NCBI GenBank assembly: GCA_037385645.1
Contig: JARRMU010000007.1
Coordinates: 8,040-72,039, forward strand
Source: Gemmatimonadales bacterium
GTDB lineage: Bacteria; Gemmatimonadota; Gemmatimonadetes; Palauibacterales; Palauibacteraceae
Reading direction: 5' to 3'
Length of the DNA stretch: 64,000 nucleotides
Within the stretch, counting starts at the first letter, position 1, and each line of letters starts with the position of its first letter. The notes under the pieces were generated by a model that was not told where the DNA came from, did no database searches, and was given only the letters and a program-made list of their open reading frames with translations. A program made the position numbers and the translations under genes. Of this stretch, positions 17,406 through 25,831 are shown piece after piece.

Positions 17406-18866
17406 TCAGACTGCTGCGGGCTCCGCCGCCTCGGTCGTCTCCAGCGGGCCGATGGCCGGATAGTCGGCGATCAGGTCGTCGACGTAACGCACGTCGAATC
17501 CCTGCCGTTTCAGGTACGAGGCGGCCGCGGCCGCACGGGATCCGGTCCGGCAGTAGACGAGCAGCGTTCCGTTCTCGGGGATACGGGGCTCGTACTCGGG
17601 GAGCCTCGTGTAAGAGGTGTTGAGGGCCCCCGGGACCCGACCCTCCTCGAACTCGGAGGAGAACCTGACGTCCAGTGGCAGCGCCCCGTCCTCCTTTCGG
17701 GCCGACTCGAGGTCCGCGAAGTCGATCACGTCGATCGAATCGTAGGCTCCGCCGTCGATGAAGTAGGCTTCCAGCGCTTCCGGCTCGACGAAGCCGGCCA
17801 CGTTGTCGTACCCGATCCGGACCAGGCTCCGGACCGCCTCGTCCAGATCCTCCTCGCGAACCACCAAGAAGAGCGGCGTCGTCTCATCTTCGACCAGCGA
17901 GCCGACCACTTGGCTGAACGCCCGGTCCAGCGGCGCGTAGAGGGAGCCCTCGAGGTGGCGGGCCATGTACGCGTCCCTGTCCAGCCGGGTGTCGACCACG
18001 AGCAGGTCCTCTCGTCCCGAGAGCTTCTCGAGCTCCGAGCGGGCGAGCTTGCGCGGCGAGGGCAGGTTGCCGAGGACGGGCGCGCCGAGCTTGTTGTCCC
18101 GCTTCATGCGTGCGAAATAGGTCGGCGGCTCGGGCTGGCCGGTGAGGATGAAGTCCACGAAGGCGTCCTCGCCGCGCATCGCGGCCTCGATCGCCGGGCT
18201 GAAGCGCCGCTCGTAGCCTACGGTCGTCTCCGGAACCGCCCCCAGGGCCTTCCCGCAGGCCGAGCCGGCGCCATGGGCAGGCCAGACCTGGAGGTAGTCG
18301 GGCAGCTTCAGAAAATCCTGAACGGAGGAGTAGAGACGCCGGGCCGATGGCTCCATCATGCCCTCGACTTTGGCGGCCGTCTCCAGCAGATCCGGTCGAC
18401 CCAAGTCTCCCACGAAGACGAAATCGCCGCTGGCCAGCCCGATCGGCTCGTCAGCACCCCCTCCCTCGTCGGTGATCAGGAAGACCATGTGCTCGGGCGT
18501 GTGACCGGGCGTGTGAACCGCCTGCACGCTGATGTTGCCGACGCGAAAGGTGTCTCCGTCCTTCAGGAGCTCGTAGTCGTAGTCACCGTCCTTGACCCAC
18601 TCGTACTTCCAGTTCGCGTCGCCCTCATCGGAGAGGTAGAGCTTCGTGCCGAAGCGCTCGGCGAACTCTCGCGCACCCGAGAGGAAGTCGGCGTGAATAT
18701 GTGTCTCGGTGACCGTGGTGATCGTGAGCCCTTCGGACTCGGCCAGCTCGACATACCGGTCGATGTCGCGCTCGGGGTCGATGACCAGAGCCTCGCCCGT
18801 GGCTTGGCAGCCGACCAGGTACGCGTACTGGGCGAGCTTGTCGTCGAAGATCTGTCGCAAGAGCAT
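17406..18866 (-). CDS. Persulfide dioxygenase (MBL-fold, ETHE1/CstB/Blh-like) fused to two rhodanese domains
   Basis: 486 aa. MBL metal-binding motifs (THIHADFLSG, HTPGHTPEHMVFL). C-terminal rhodanese domains with catalytic CRTGSRA (Cys-Arg-x-Gly-x-Arg). Confidence 0.85.
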   Translation of the reverse strand: MLLRQIFDDKLAQYAYLVGCQATGEALVIDPERDIDRYVELAESEGLTITTVTETHIHADFLSGAREFAERFGTKLYLSDEGDANWKYEWVKDGDYDYELLKDGDTFRVGNISVQAVHTPGHTPEHMVFLITDEGGGADEPIGLASGDFVFVGDLGRPDLLETAAKVEGMMEPSARRLYSSVQDFLKLPDYLQVWPAHGAGSACGKALGAVPETTVGYERRFSPAIEAAMRGEDAFVDFILTGQPEPPTYFARMKRDNKLGAPVLGNLPSPRKLARSELEKLSGREDLLVVDTRLDRDAYMARHLEGSLYAPLDRAFSQVVGSLVEDETTPLFLVVREEDLDEAVRSLVRIGYDNVAGFVEPEALEAYFIDGGAYDSIDVIDFADLESARKEDGALPLDVRFSSEFEEGRVPGALNTSYTRLPEYEPRIPENGTLLVYCRTGSRAAAAASYLKRQGFDVRYVDDLIADYPAIGPLETTEAAEPAAV

Positions 18867-18890
18867 CGTGCCTTCTCCTCCGAATCGTGC

Positions 18891-19325
18891 CTAGTGGTGT
18901 GGCAGCCGGGGCGCCAAGTAGCCGTAGGCCCAGGCGCCGGCCAGGGCAGTGAACAGCGCGACGAACATCACTGAGATGCCGTTCCCGATCAGCGCGTATA
19001 TCGGTCCCGGGCAGGCGCCCAGAAGGCCCCAGCCGAGCCCGAACAGCGATCCGCCGACCCAGTAGCGGTAGTTGAGGCCGGCCGAGGGTTTGACTTTGGT
19101 CACGATCTCCGAGCCGCCCAAGCTCCGCATCCCAAGGCGCTTGATCAGCCCTGTCGCCACGGCCGCCACCGCGACCGCGGAGCCGATGATCCCGAACATG
19201 TGGAAGCTCTGAAACCGGAACATCTCCTGGATGCGGAACCAGGAGATCACCTCTCCTTTTGTAAACGCGATTCCCAGGAAAACTCCGAGGAAGACGTAGC
19301 GCAGGAGGCCTCTTCGCTCGTCCAT
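18891..19325 (-). CDS. YeeE/YedE family (DUF395) sulfur-compound transporter half-protein
   Basis: 144 aa, 4 TM. GSLFGLGWGLLGACPGPIY matches the YeeE/YedE conserved Gly/Cys motif. Confidence 0.75.
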   Translation of the reverse strand: MDERRGLLRYVFLGVFLGIAFTKGEVISWFRIQEMFRFQSFHMFGIIGSAVAVAAVATGLIKRLGMRSLGGSEIVTKVKPSAGLNYRYWVGGSLFGLGWGLLGACPGPIYALIGNGISVMFVALFTALAGAWAYGYLAPRLPHH

Positions 19326-19329
19326 CGGG

Positions 19330-19867
19330 TTACCAGGCGCCGAAAATGAGCGGGAGCAGGAGATGGGTCGCCACGAGCCCGCCGGCGAAGAAGCCCAGCA
19401 CGGCGATCAGCGACGAGATCTGGAATGTCGAGAGGCCGCTGATCGCGTGACCGGAGGTGCATCCGTCCGCGTTACGAGCGCCGAAACCCACGATGAAGCC
19501 GCCGATCACGACCATCGCTGAAGAACTCGCTGGGCACCATGCCGTTGAAGTCGCGGATGCCGAGTGCCTCGAGGTCCGCGCGGGTGGACTCGGAGATGGC
19601 GATGACCGGATCGGGGCTGGCCAGCGTCGTGGCCGCGATCGCCGCTCCGCCGATGATCCCGAGGATGAGCATCAGCCGCCACATCCCCCGCTTCCAGTCG
19701 TAGCGGAAGTACTCGATCCGGCCGGGGGCGGTCGCGGCGCATATCTGGCGGAAGCTCGTCGAGAGCCCGAACTGCTTGCCCCCGGCCAGGAGAAGAAGTG
19801 GCACGATGAGGCCGATCAGCGGTCCGGCCACCCACCAGGGCCACGGCTGCGACAGCGTTTCAACCAT
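19330..19867 (-). CDS. YeeE/YedE family transporter half-protein, apparent frameshift near 19516
   Basis: ORF 19472..19867 reads plausibly up to ...NGMVPSEFFS. ORF 19330..19515 (MVVIGGFIVGFGARNADGCTSGHAISG, the canonical YeeE motif) continues in another frame. Joined, the two give a ~178-aa protein. Confidence 0.55.
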
Positions 19868-20009
19868 GTGCTAGGCCCTCCTTGCGGCTATCGCCCCGCG
19901 CTTCGGGCGCTCGTCGAGGAGCCTCTACGATGCTTGGGAGACGCGCCAAACACCGGAGGTTTCCGAGTCATCCGACCGTCGCCAGCCAGGCTGCCATTAT
20001 CCCCGGGCG

Positions 20010-20819
20010 TCACATCCCGGCGAATCTCTCCTTGAGCACGCGACGGACGGCATCCGGAAGGTCTCCGTCCGAGATACGTTGGCACGCCTCGTGGGCCATG
20101 TCCAGTGACAGGAAGAGGGAACGGCAGCGCTCGCACACGGACTCGCGGGGGACGGGGAAGGGCACGCCCTTGTCGAGCGCGTCCTGCTTGGCCTTGAGGA
20201 GATCGAGGCACTCCCGGCGCGCATGGTCGGGCGGTGCGCCCGCCCGGGTCGGCAGCTCGGCGCTCAAGGCCCGCCTGAGCTTCATGCGCGCCCGGTATAG
20301 GCGCGTCTTGATCGTTCCCTCCGTCAGGCCCATGATCTCCGCGATCTCCGCCACGGAGAGATCGGCCATCTCTTTGAGAACCAGCGGGATGCGGAAGGCA
20401 TGCGGAAGCTCGCCGATCGCCCGCTGGACACTCTCCCGTACCCGCTGCCGGTCGAGCGCCTCCACCGGGTGCTCGTCATCGACCGCGGTCAGGACCCCGT
20501 CCTCCCGGGTGGGAAGAAGCTCGGAGAGCGATTCCAGCTGCCGGGGCTCGCCGGCCCGCTTCCGCTTCATCCGCTGACAGGTGCGCGCCGCGATCGTGTA
20601 CAGCCAGGTGGAAGGCTTGGACCGGCCTTCGAAGTTCTCCCAGCCTTTGTAGGCCCGAATGAACGTCTCCTGCACCAGGTCCTCGGCGCCCTGCGGGTCC
20701 CCGCATATCTGCAAGCCCAGCCGGTAGATCTGGTCGCCGTGCTCGTCCAACAGGCGGGGGACTGCCACCTCCGCCGTCTCGGTCGTCATCGGGTCCGTTC
20801 CCGCTCCAGCGGTCCTCAT
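20010..20819 (-). CDS. ECF-type RNA polymerase sigma factor with Cys-rich C-terminal extension
   Basis: 269 aa. Sigma-70 region 2 (DLVQETFIRAYKGWENF) and region 4 (LSVAEIAEIMGLTEGTIKTRLYRARMKL). An extra ~80-aa tail holds 4 Cys and 2 His (HARRECLDL...SVCERCRSL...MAHEAC), suggestive of a fused redox or metal-sensing (ZAS/CRD-like) module. Confidence 0.8.
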   Translation of the reverse strand: MRTAGAGTDPMTTETAEVAVPRLLDEHGDQIYRLGLQICGDPQGAEDLVQETFIRAYKGWENFEGRSKPSTWLYTIAARTCQRMKRKRAGEPRQLESLSELLPTREDGVLTAVDDEHPVEALDRQRVRESVQRAIGELPHAFRIPLVLKEMADLSVAEIAEIMGLTEGTIKTRLYRARMKLRRALSAELPTRAGAPPDHARRECLDLLKAKQDALDKGVPFPVPRESVCERCRSLFLSLDMAHEACQRISDGDLPDAVRRVLKERFAGM

Positions 20820-20881
20820 CTCATCTGCACTCCAGCGGTCCTCATGGCATCTGCACTCCAGCGGTCTTCATGGCATCTGCA
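20804..20881. repeat. Three tandem copies of a 26-bp unit (ctccagcggtcctcatggcatctgca, 1-3 mismatches) spanning the sigma-factor start codon
   Basis: Direct inspection: copies at 20804-20829, 20830-20855 and 20856-20881. On the mRNA strand each copy reads GGAG-UGCAG-AUG... Confidence 0.85.
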
Positions 20882-20970
20882 TTCCGCCCGCCTGCCGGCA
20901 AAACCAGACTGGCGCCGCTCGCGGAATCGTGTTAAGAGAATAGGCGACTTCGGCTTCCGGAGGCTCCGAG

Positions 20971-21609
20971 ATCGACAAGAACCTGCGCTATCGTCTGCCG
21001 TTAATCTGCGTTGCCCTGGGCCTGGCGATCAACGCCGGCGACCTTCTCGGTCAGCAGGAGAATCGGAAGGGCTTCGGGTTCAGCGGATCACTCGGCTGGT
21101 CGACGATCGGCGGCGACTACGGCGAGTTGATGAGCAGCGGCATACCGGCCGAGGGTGCCATCTGGTACCAGCCGAGCTGGTGGCGCATCGGCGTATCCAT
21201 CCACGCGGCCTCCTACGATGTCATCGAGCCCTACACCGACCAAAGCATCAGCCAGGTCGTGTTCCAGCTGCTCGGTACGTTCCTCTTCCTCCGCGGCGAC
21301 CTCGTCCAGCCGTACGCGCAGGTGAGAGTCGGGACCACGCGTTGGCGGCCGGAGGGTCCGCTGTTCGATCCCAACCCGCCGCCCCCCGACGTGCCTCCGG
21401 GAGAAAACCCCGCACCGGGCCGGAACGGCTTCCAGGGAGGGCTCGGCGTCGGCGCGGAGTTCTGGGTCACGAAGAACTTCGGCATCGACGTGGGCGGCCT
21501 GTTCTCGGCGTTCTCCACCCAGGAGCTGGATGTGCCGATCCTCGGAATCACGGGCCTCGAGTCAGGCAGGGAAATCGGCTTTCACGCCGGCGTGGTGTGG
21601 TTCCCGTGA
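20971..21609 (+). CDS. Outer membrane beta-barrel protein (OmpA-like/porin-family barrel); start codon uncertain
   Basis: Frame is open from 20944. A signal-like segment (LRYRLPLICVALGLAINAGDLLGQQ) precedes the first ATG at 21127, so a non-ATG start is likely. Alternating hydrophobic beta-strand pattern, and a C-terminal aromatic residue (VVWFP) typical of OM barrels. Confidence 0.5.
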   Translation: MDKNLRYRLPLICVALGLAINAGDLLGQQENRKGFGFSGSLGWSTIGGDYGELMSSGIPAEGAIWYQPSWWRIGVSIHAASYDVIEPYTDQSISQVVFQLLGTFLFLRGDLVQPYAQVRVGTTRWRPEGPLFDPNPPPPDVPPGENPAPGRNGFQGGLGVGAEFWVTKNFGIDVGGLFSAFSTQELDVPILGITGLESGREIGFHAGVVWFP

Positions 21610-23336
21610 GGCCTCCGCGGCTGTCACGTCCCGCGCGTCTGGCGGCGGCGATGCTCGTCGCCGCGGCCCCGTCGTCGCTCCTTGCCCAGGAGGCGGGGCC
21701 CCGGGCGCCGGAGGTCACGCCGGCCTCGGTGGCGAGCTCGTCCCTGCCGGGCGATACCAGCCGTGCCACCGACTTCTTCCCGCCCGGCGCGCTCAGCCTC
21801 TCAGGCAGGACGGGGTCGGTCGATGTGGGCGCCACGAATCGCGCTCGGTTGATGACCGCCTCGGGCGGAACGGCCCGCCTGTTCCAGGAGCTGTTGGAGG
21901 AGAGCAGCGAAGATCCGCGGGCCGCAGCAGGTTCGTCCGCCGGGGGGTCTTCGGTCGCAGCCGCCAGCAACGCCAAGGATGACGGCGCCCGTTACGATGT
22001 CTGGGGCGCCAAGCGCAACCCGGGCCTGGCGATCGGAGAGGTCGCCGGGATCAACGCGGTCGTCTGGTTCTTCAACGAGTACATCAGGGAAGGGGGGTTC
22101 ACGGCGACCAACCCGAGCACCTGGTGGTTCAACATCTCGCACGGCTTCTTCTACGACGACAACCACTTCAAGACCAACATGTTCGCGCATCCCTACCACG
22201 GGAGCCTCTACTTCAACGCGGCGCGCTCGAACGGTTTGAACTACTTCGAGTCCGTCCCGTTCGCCATTCTCGGCAGCTTCTTCTGGGAGTGCTGCGGCGA
22301 AACGCATCTGATGGCCTGGAACGACTGGGTGATGACCAGCCTCGGCGGTGCCACGATCGGCGAGATTCTGTACCGGGCCGGCTCCACCTTCCTGGACAAC
22401 GAGAAGGCGGGTGGCAGCCGGACCATGAAGGAGATCGGCAACTTTTTCCTCAACCCGATGCGCGGTTTCAACCGGCTCACGTCGGGCCGCGCCAGCCGGA
22501 TCTACCCGAACCCGGCCAGCCCCTACGACCGGCTGACTCCTTTCCTGCGCAACTTCATGAAGCTGGGTGTGCGGTTCACGGGCGACCGCACATCGAACGA
22601 GACGTTCGAGACGGACACGACGGAGACGCACGGCTTCTTCGAGTTCGAGATGACGCACGGCAACGTCTTTCGGGCCGCGCGCCGGAAGCCGTTCGACTAC
22701 TTCACCTTGAACCTGCAGCTCAATTTCAAGGACACGGAGACCCTCGGGCGCCTCCAGATCTCCGGGAACCTCTACACGAGCGACGTCGCACAGAGCAAGC
22801 GGACCCATCACGTCTTCGGGATCACTCAGAACTACGACTACGTCAACAACTCCGTGGTGGAGTTCGGCGGCATGAGCTACGGTGCGGCGCTCTTCTCCAG
22901 GTTCGGGATATCCGAGAAGTGGGACTTCTTTACGGAGGTGAACGCCCACGTCTACCTGCTGAATGCGGTGAACTCCGAGTTCGCGTTCATCGGCGGTCGC
23001 CCGCCGAATGTGGAGCGCTTCCGGGAGTACGACTTCGGCATGGGCCCCGGCGCCTGGGTCAAGTTCGGGTTCACCAACAAGGGGCGAAGAGTCGCGGGCT
23101 TCGTCTACCGCTTTACCTACAACGAGGTGTTGAACGGCTCCGACGCGAACGGTGGGGACACCCACCACACGATCCAGTGGGGCGGCTTCCAGGGGGTCTT
23201 CCCGATCGGCCGCTGGGGCGTCGGCGCGGACGTGCTCGCGTACGTGCGGCGGAGCTACTACGAGGCCATCGGCTTACAGAACATCAAGCAGAACGTCGGC
23301 CAGGTTCGCTTCTACGGGGTCTTCCAGAGCTTCTGA
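21606..23336 (+). CDS. Large exported hypothetical protein (possibly DUF3943-like), signal peptide
   Basis: GTG at 21606 overlaps the upstream stop (GTGA). Signal peptide (AAAMLVAAAPSSLLAQEA). Aromatic-rich sequence (WWFNISHGFFYDDNHFKTNMFAHPYHGSLYF), C-terminal Phe. The 978-aa ORF in the track is a composite with the upstream antisense frame. Confidence 0.55.
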   Translation: MRPPRLSRPARLAAAMLVAAAPSSLLAQEAGPRAPEVTPASVASSSLPGDTSRATDFFPPGALSLSGRTGSVDVGATNRARLMTASGGTARLFQELLEESSEDPRAAAGSSAGGSSVAAASNAKDDGARYDVWGAKRNPGLAIGEVAGINAVVWFFNEYIREGGFTATNPSTWWFNISHGFFYDDNHFKTNMFAHPYHGSLYFNAARSNGLNYFESVPFAILGSFFWECCGETHLMAWNDWVMTSLGGATIGEILYRAGSTFLDNEKAGGSRTMKEIGNFFLNPMRGFNRLTSGRASRIYPNPASPYDRLTPFLRNFMKLGVRFTGDRTSNETFETDTTETHGFFEFEMTHGNVFRAARRKPFDYFTLNLQLNFKDTETLGRLQISGNLYTSDVAQSKRTHHVFGITQNYDYVNNSVVEFGGMSYGAALFSRFGISEKWDFFTEVNAHVYLLNAVNSEFAFIGGRPPNVERFREYDFGMGPGAWVKFGFTNKGRRVAGFVYRFTYNEVLNGSDANGGDTHHTIQWGGFQGVFPIGRWGVGADVLAYVRRSYYEAIGLQNIKQNVGQVRFYGVFQSF

Positions 23337-23382
23337 CCGTCCCGTGCCTGCCCGTTCTCCACGGGCAACCTGCCCACTCCGC

Positions 23383-24024
23383 ATGAGATCCCCGACACGG
23401 CTGCTGGCGGCGGTCTGTTGCATCTCCTTTCTTGCATTGGCTCCCGGCGGAGCTGTCGAGGCACAGGCGCAGAAGACGTCCGGCTCGGCCGGCGCCGCCA
23501 TCGGAGGCGCGGCGCTCGGCGTCGCATCCGGCGCGATGCTGGGCGTGACGGCGAGCCTGATCCCCTGCACGAAGACCCTCTCGCAGCTCACGTGCGTACG
23601 TGTCTCGACGCTCTCCGCCGGCCTGGTCGGTCTGGGGAGCGGAACGCTCGTCGGAGCCTGGGATTCGGGGCGTCTCGGACGCTCGGCAAAGGGAGCGGCG
23701 ATCGGTTTCGGGGCGGGTGCTGCCGTCGGCTTCGTGCTCAAGGAGGTCGTGAGGCAGTACGGCTGGCTGGACGTGCTCTCGACAGGTGCGATCGGCATGG
23801 CGATCGGAGCCCAGCCGGAAGGGGCCGTGCTCGGCCTCGGAGCCGGTGTGTTCGTGGGCTCGATCCTCTGGCTCACGGTGCCGTCCTACGGGATCCCGGA
23901 TCTGGCCGCGGCGGGCCTGATCGGCGTAGCCGCGGGAGGCCTCGCCGCCTGGGTGTTCGATGCCGTCGAGGCGAACTCGAGCGAGGGTGCCGGCGTCACG
24001 ATTCCGTTTTCGTTTCGGATATGA
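23383..24024 (+). CDS. Glycine-zipper membrane/secreted protein (hypothetical)
   Basis: ATG at 23383 gives MRSPTRLLAAVCCISFLALAPGGAVEAQA (signal) then repeated GxxxGxxxG zippers (GAAIGGAALGVASGAMLGV; GLVGLGSGTLVGA; GFGAGAAVGF). The track ORF start at 23152 lies inside the upstream gene. Confidence 0.55.
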   Translation: MRSPTRLLAAVCCISFLALAPGGAVEAQAQKTSGSAGAAIGGAALGVASGAMLGVTASLIPCTKTLSQLTCVRVSTLSAGLVGLGSGTLVGAWDSGRLGRSAKGAAIGFGAGAAVGFVLKEVVRQYGWLDVLSTGAIGMAIGAQPEGAVLGLGAGVFVGSILWLTVPSYGIPDLAAAGLIGVAAGGLAAWVFDAVEANSSEGAGVTIPFSFRI

Positions 24025-25184
24025 TCCCGCCGGCTCGCCTGTGGAGCGCCGTGCCGGTCGGATTGCTGTCGGCTGCGTGCGCCACGTCCGCCGGCATGCA
24101 GCTCGCGCCGGAGGTCGGGGGGTGCCCGGAGAGGGAGGCCTCCTCCGCCTTCGGCACCATCGCCTGGTACGTCCCGTCCGGGTCGGGAGACAAGGCGAGC
24201 AACGAGCGGTGGTGCCGAACGGTCGGCCCCCCCGTCGTCCGCACGGTCCCGAGCGTCTCGCCCCCGGATCCCGCTGACGGGGATTCGTTGGCGGTCATCG
24301 GCTGGAACATCCTGATCGGTGGCGGCGACATTACCCGCCTCCTGGAGGAGAAGCTGGGATACGGCTGCCATCCCACGGCTCCCGAGCTAACAGCCGGCTT
24401 CTCTCACTTCGTCCTCCTGATCCAGGAGGCCCACCGGCGGTCCGAAGCGGTCCCCGACGTTCCGGAGTCGTTCAGGTTCCCTCCGCGGATCGTCCCCGCC
24501 TCCCATCCCGAGGGTTGGCCGGACATCGTGGAGCTCGCCCGCCGCTGCGGCCTGGCGCTTTTCTACGTGCCTTCCCAGCGCAACGGGCCGGAGACCGTGG
24601 CGGGTGGTCGGGAGGACAAGGGAAACGCGATCCTCGCTACGCTGCCGCTGAGCGATCTGCTCGCGATCGAGCTCCCGTTCGAAGCCGGTCGTAAAGTGGC
24701 CGTCGGAGCCATGATATCGCTCGCCGGAACGCGGCTCCGGGTCGTGAGCGCACACCTGGATGTCGCGTCGACGCTGTACCGTACGCTGACGACGGCGAAC
24801 ACGGCACGGCTGCGACAGGCCGTGGGCGTCGTGGAGGCGCTCGCGCTCAGCGAGAGCGGCGAAATCACGAGCGGGATGGTCCCCGTGGGATCCGGCGGTG
24901 TCTCGTGCGGAGTCCGACCGCACACCATCGCCACGGTGTTGGCCGGCGACTTCAACACCTGGTCCGCCGGCGAGAGCACGGTCGATCAGCTGCTGGCGTG
25001 CTTTCCCGATTCCGCGCCCTGGGATGGACAACCTACACACGGATCGTACCCGACCGACTTCATCTTCTTCCGTCGTGCGGCAGAGGGGCGTATCTGGCGC
25101 CTGGATCGGTCAGAAGAGCGCGTGGCGGATAGCTACGGCTCGGACCATCACGCGAGGATCGCGTGGCTGGAGTGGAGCGAATAG
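24021..25184 (+). CDS. Endonuclease/exonuclease/phosphatase (EEP, DNase I-like) family protein, exported
   Basis: ATG at 24021 overlaps the upstream stop (ATGA). Signal peptide (LWSAVPVGLLSAACA). EEP motifs: IGWNILIGGG, FVLLIQEA, VLAGDFNTW, SDHHARIAWLEW. Confidence 0.75.
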   Translation: MIPPARLWSAVPVGLLSAACATSAGMQLAPEVGGCPEREASSAFGTIAWYVPSGSGDKASNERWCRTVGPPVVRTVPSVSPPDPADGDSLAVIGWNILIGGGDITRLLEEKLGYGCHPTAPELTAGFSHFVLLIQEAHRRSEAVPDVPESFRFPPRIVPASHPEGWPDIVELARRCGLALFYVPSQRNGPETVAGGREDKGNAILATLPLSDLLAIELPFEAGRKVAVGAMISLAGTRLRVVSAHLDVASTLYRTLTTANTARLRQAVGVVEALALSESGEITSGMVPVGSGGVSCGVRPHTIATVLAGDFNTWSAGESTVDQLLACFPDSAPWDGQPTHGSYPTDFIFFRRAAEGRIWRLDRSEERVADSYGSDHHARIAWLEWSE

Positions 25185-25213
25185 ATTGCCTGTAGCGGAG
25201 GAGCCATGCCTGT

Positions 25214-25768
25214 TTGGTCGACGGGTCGAACGTGAGCTTCACAGCGGAGATCCCGAGAATGAGTGCCTTTGACGCGAGGTGGCGGACGCGGCCTCACCGC
25301 CGCGTTCTGACCGGGCTGTCGGTCTCGGCGGCCTGTCTTGCCGGCCTCGTCGGCTGCGGGGACCTGAATGACTTCGTCCAGCCGACGATTACCCCCGCCC
25401 AGTTATCGGGCGAGTGGCATGCGACCGATCTCGTGCTCACCAACCAGGCGGATCCGACCCAAACGTTCGACGTGATCGACGCGGGAGGCAGCCTCTTTCT
25501 CCGCTTCTCGCTCGAGGGTGAATTCCAGTCGATCATTCAGGCCCCCGATCAGGATGATAACGTCGAAACCGGCACGTACGAGATCGTGAACGACTTCATC
25601 CTGGTGCTGCCCACCGAGGCGCCGCAGGACACCATCCAACTCTCGTACGAGTTCCAGGACTCGAACACCACGTTCACCCTCGTGATTCTGTCCGACGACT
25701 TCGACTACGACTTCGACGGCGACGGGAACGAGGTGCCCGCTCTGCTGTTCACGATCGTGAACCGCTAG
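25214..25768 (+). CDS. Hypothetical lipoprotein
   Basis: 184 aa. Lipobox LAGLVGCGD after an Arg-rich n-region; beta-rich, acidic C-terminal part. The true start may be the internal Met at ~25262. Confidence 0.5.
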   Translation: MVDGSNVSFTAEIPRMSAFDARWRTRPHRRVLTGLSVSAACLAGLVGCGDLNDFVQPTITPAQLSGEWHATDLVLTNQADPTQTFDVIDAGGSLFLRFSLEGEFQSIIQAPDQDDNVETGTYEIVNDFILVLPTEAPQDTIQLSYEFQDSNTTFTLVILSDDFDYDFDGDGNEVPALLFTIVNR

Positions 25769-25831
25769 CGCGAACCGCTCCGGTGGGTCGGCGTCCTTCG
25801 TCCTCCCGCTCCGCCCGCCTCTGGAACCCGC

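Noticed and set aside
17244-18974. 576-aa plus-strand ORF (and 16838..17623)
   Set aside because: Antisense to the persulfide-dioxygenase and SulP genes, which have clear catalytic motifs.
21801-23168. 455-aa minus-strand ORF
   Set aside because: Antisense to the 21606..23336 exported protein.
20400-23336. 978-aa plus-strand ORF
   Set aside because: Composite. Its first ~400 codons are antisense to the sigma factor or out of frame relative to the OM-barrel gene. Only the portion from GTG 21606 is coding.
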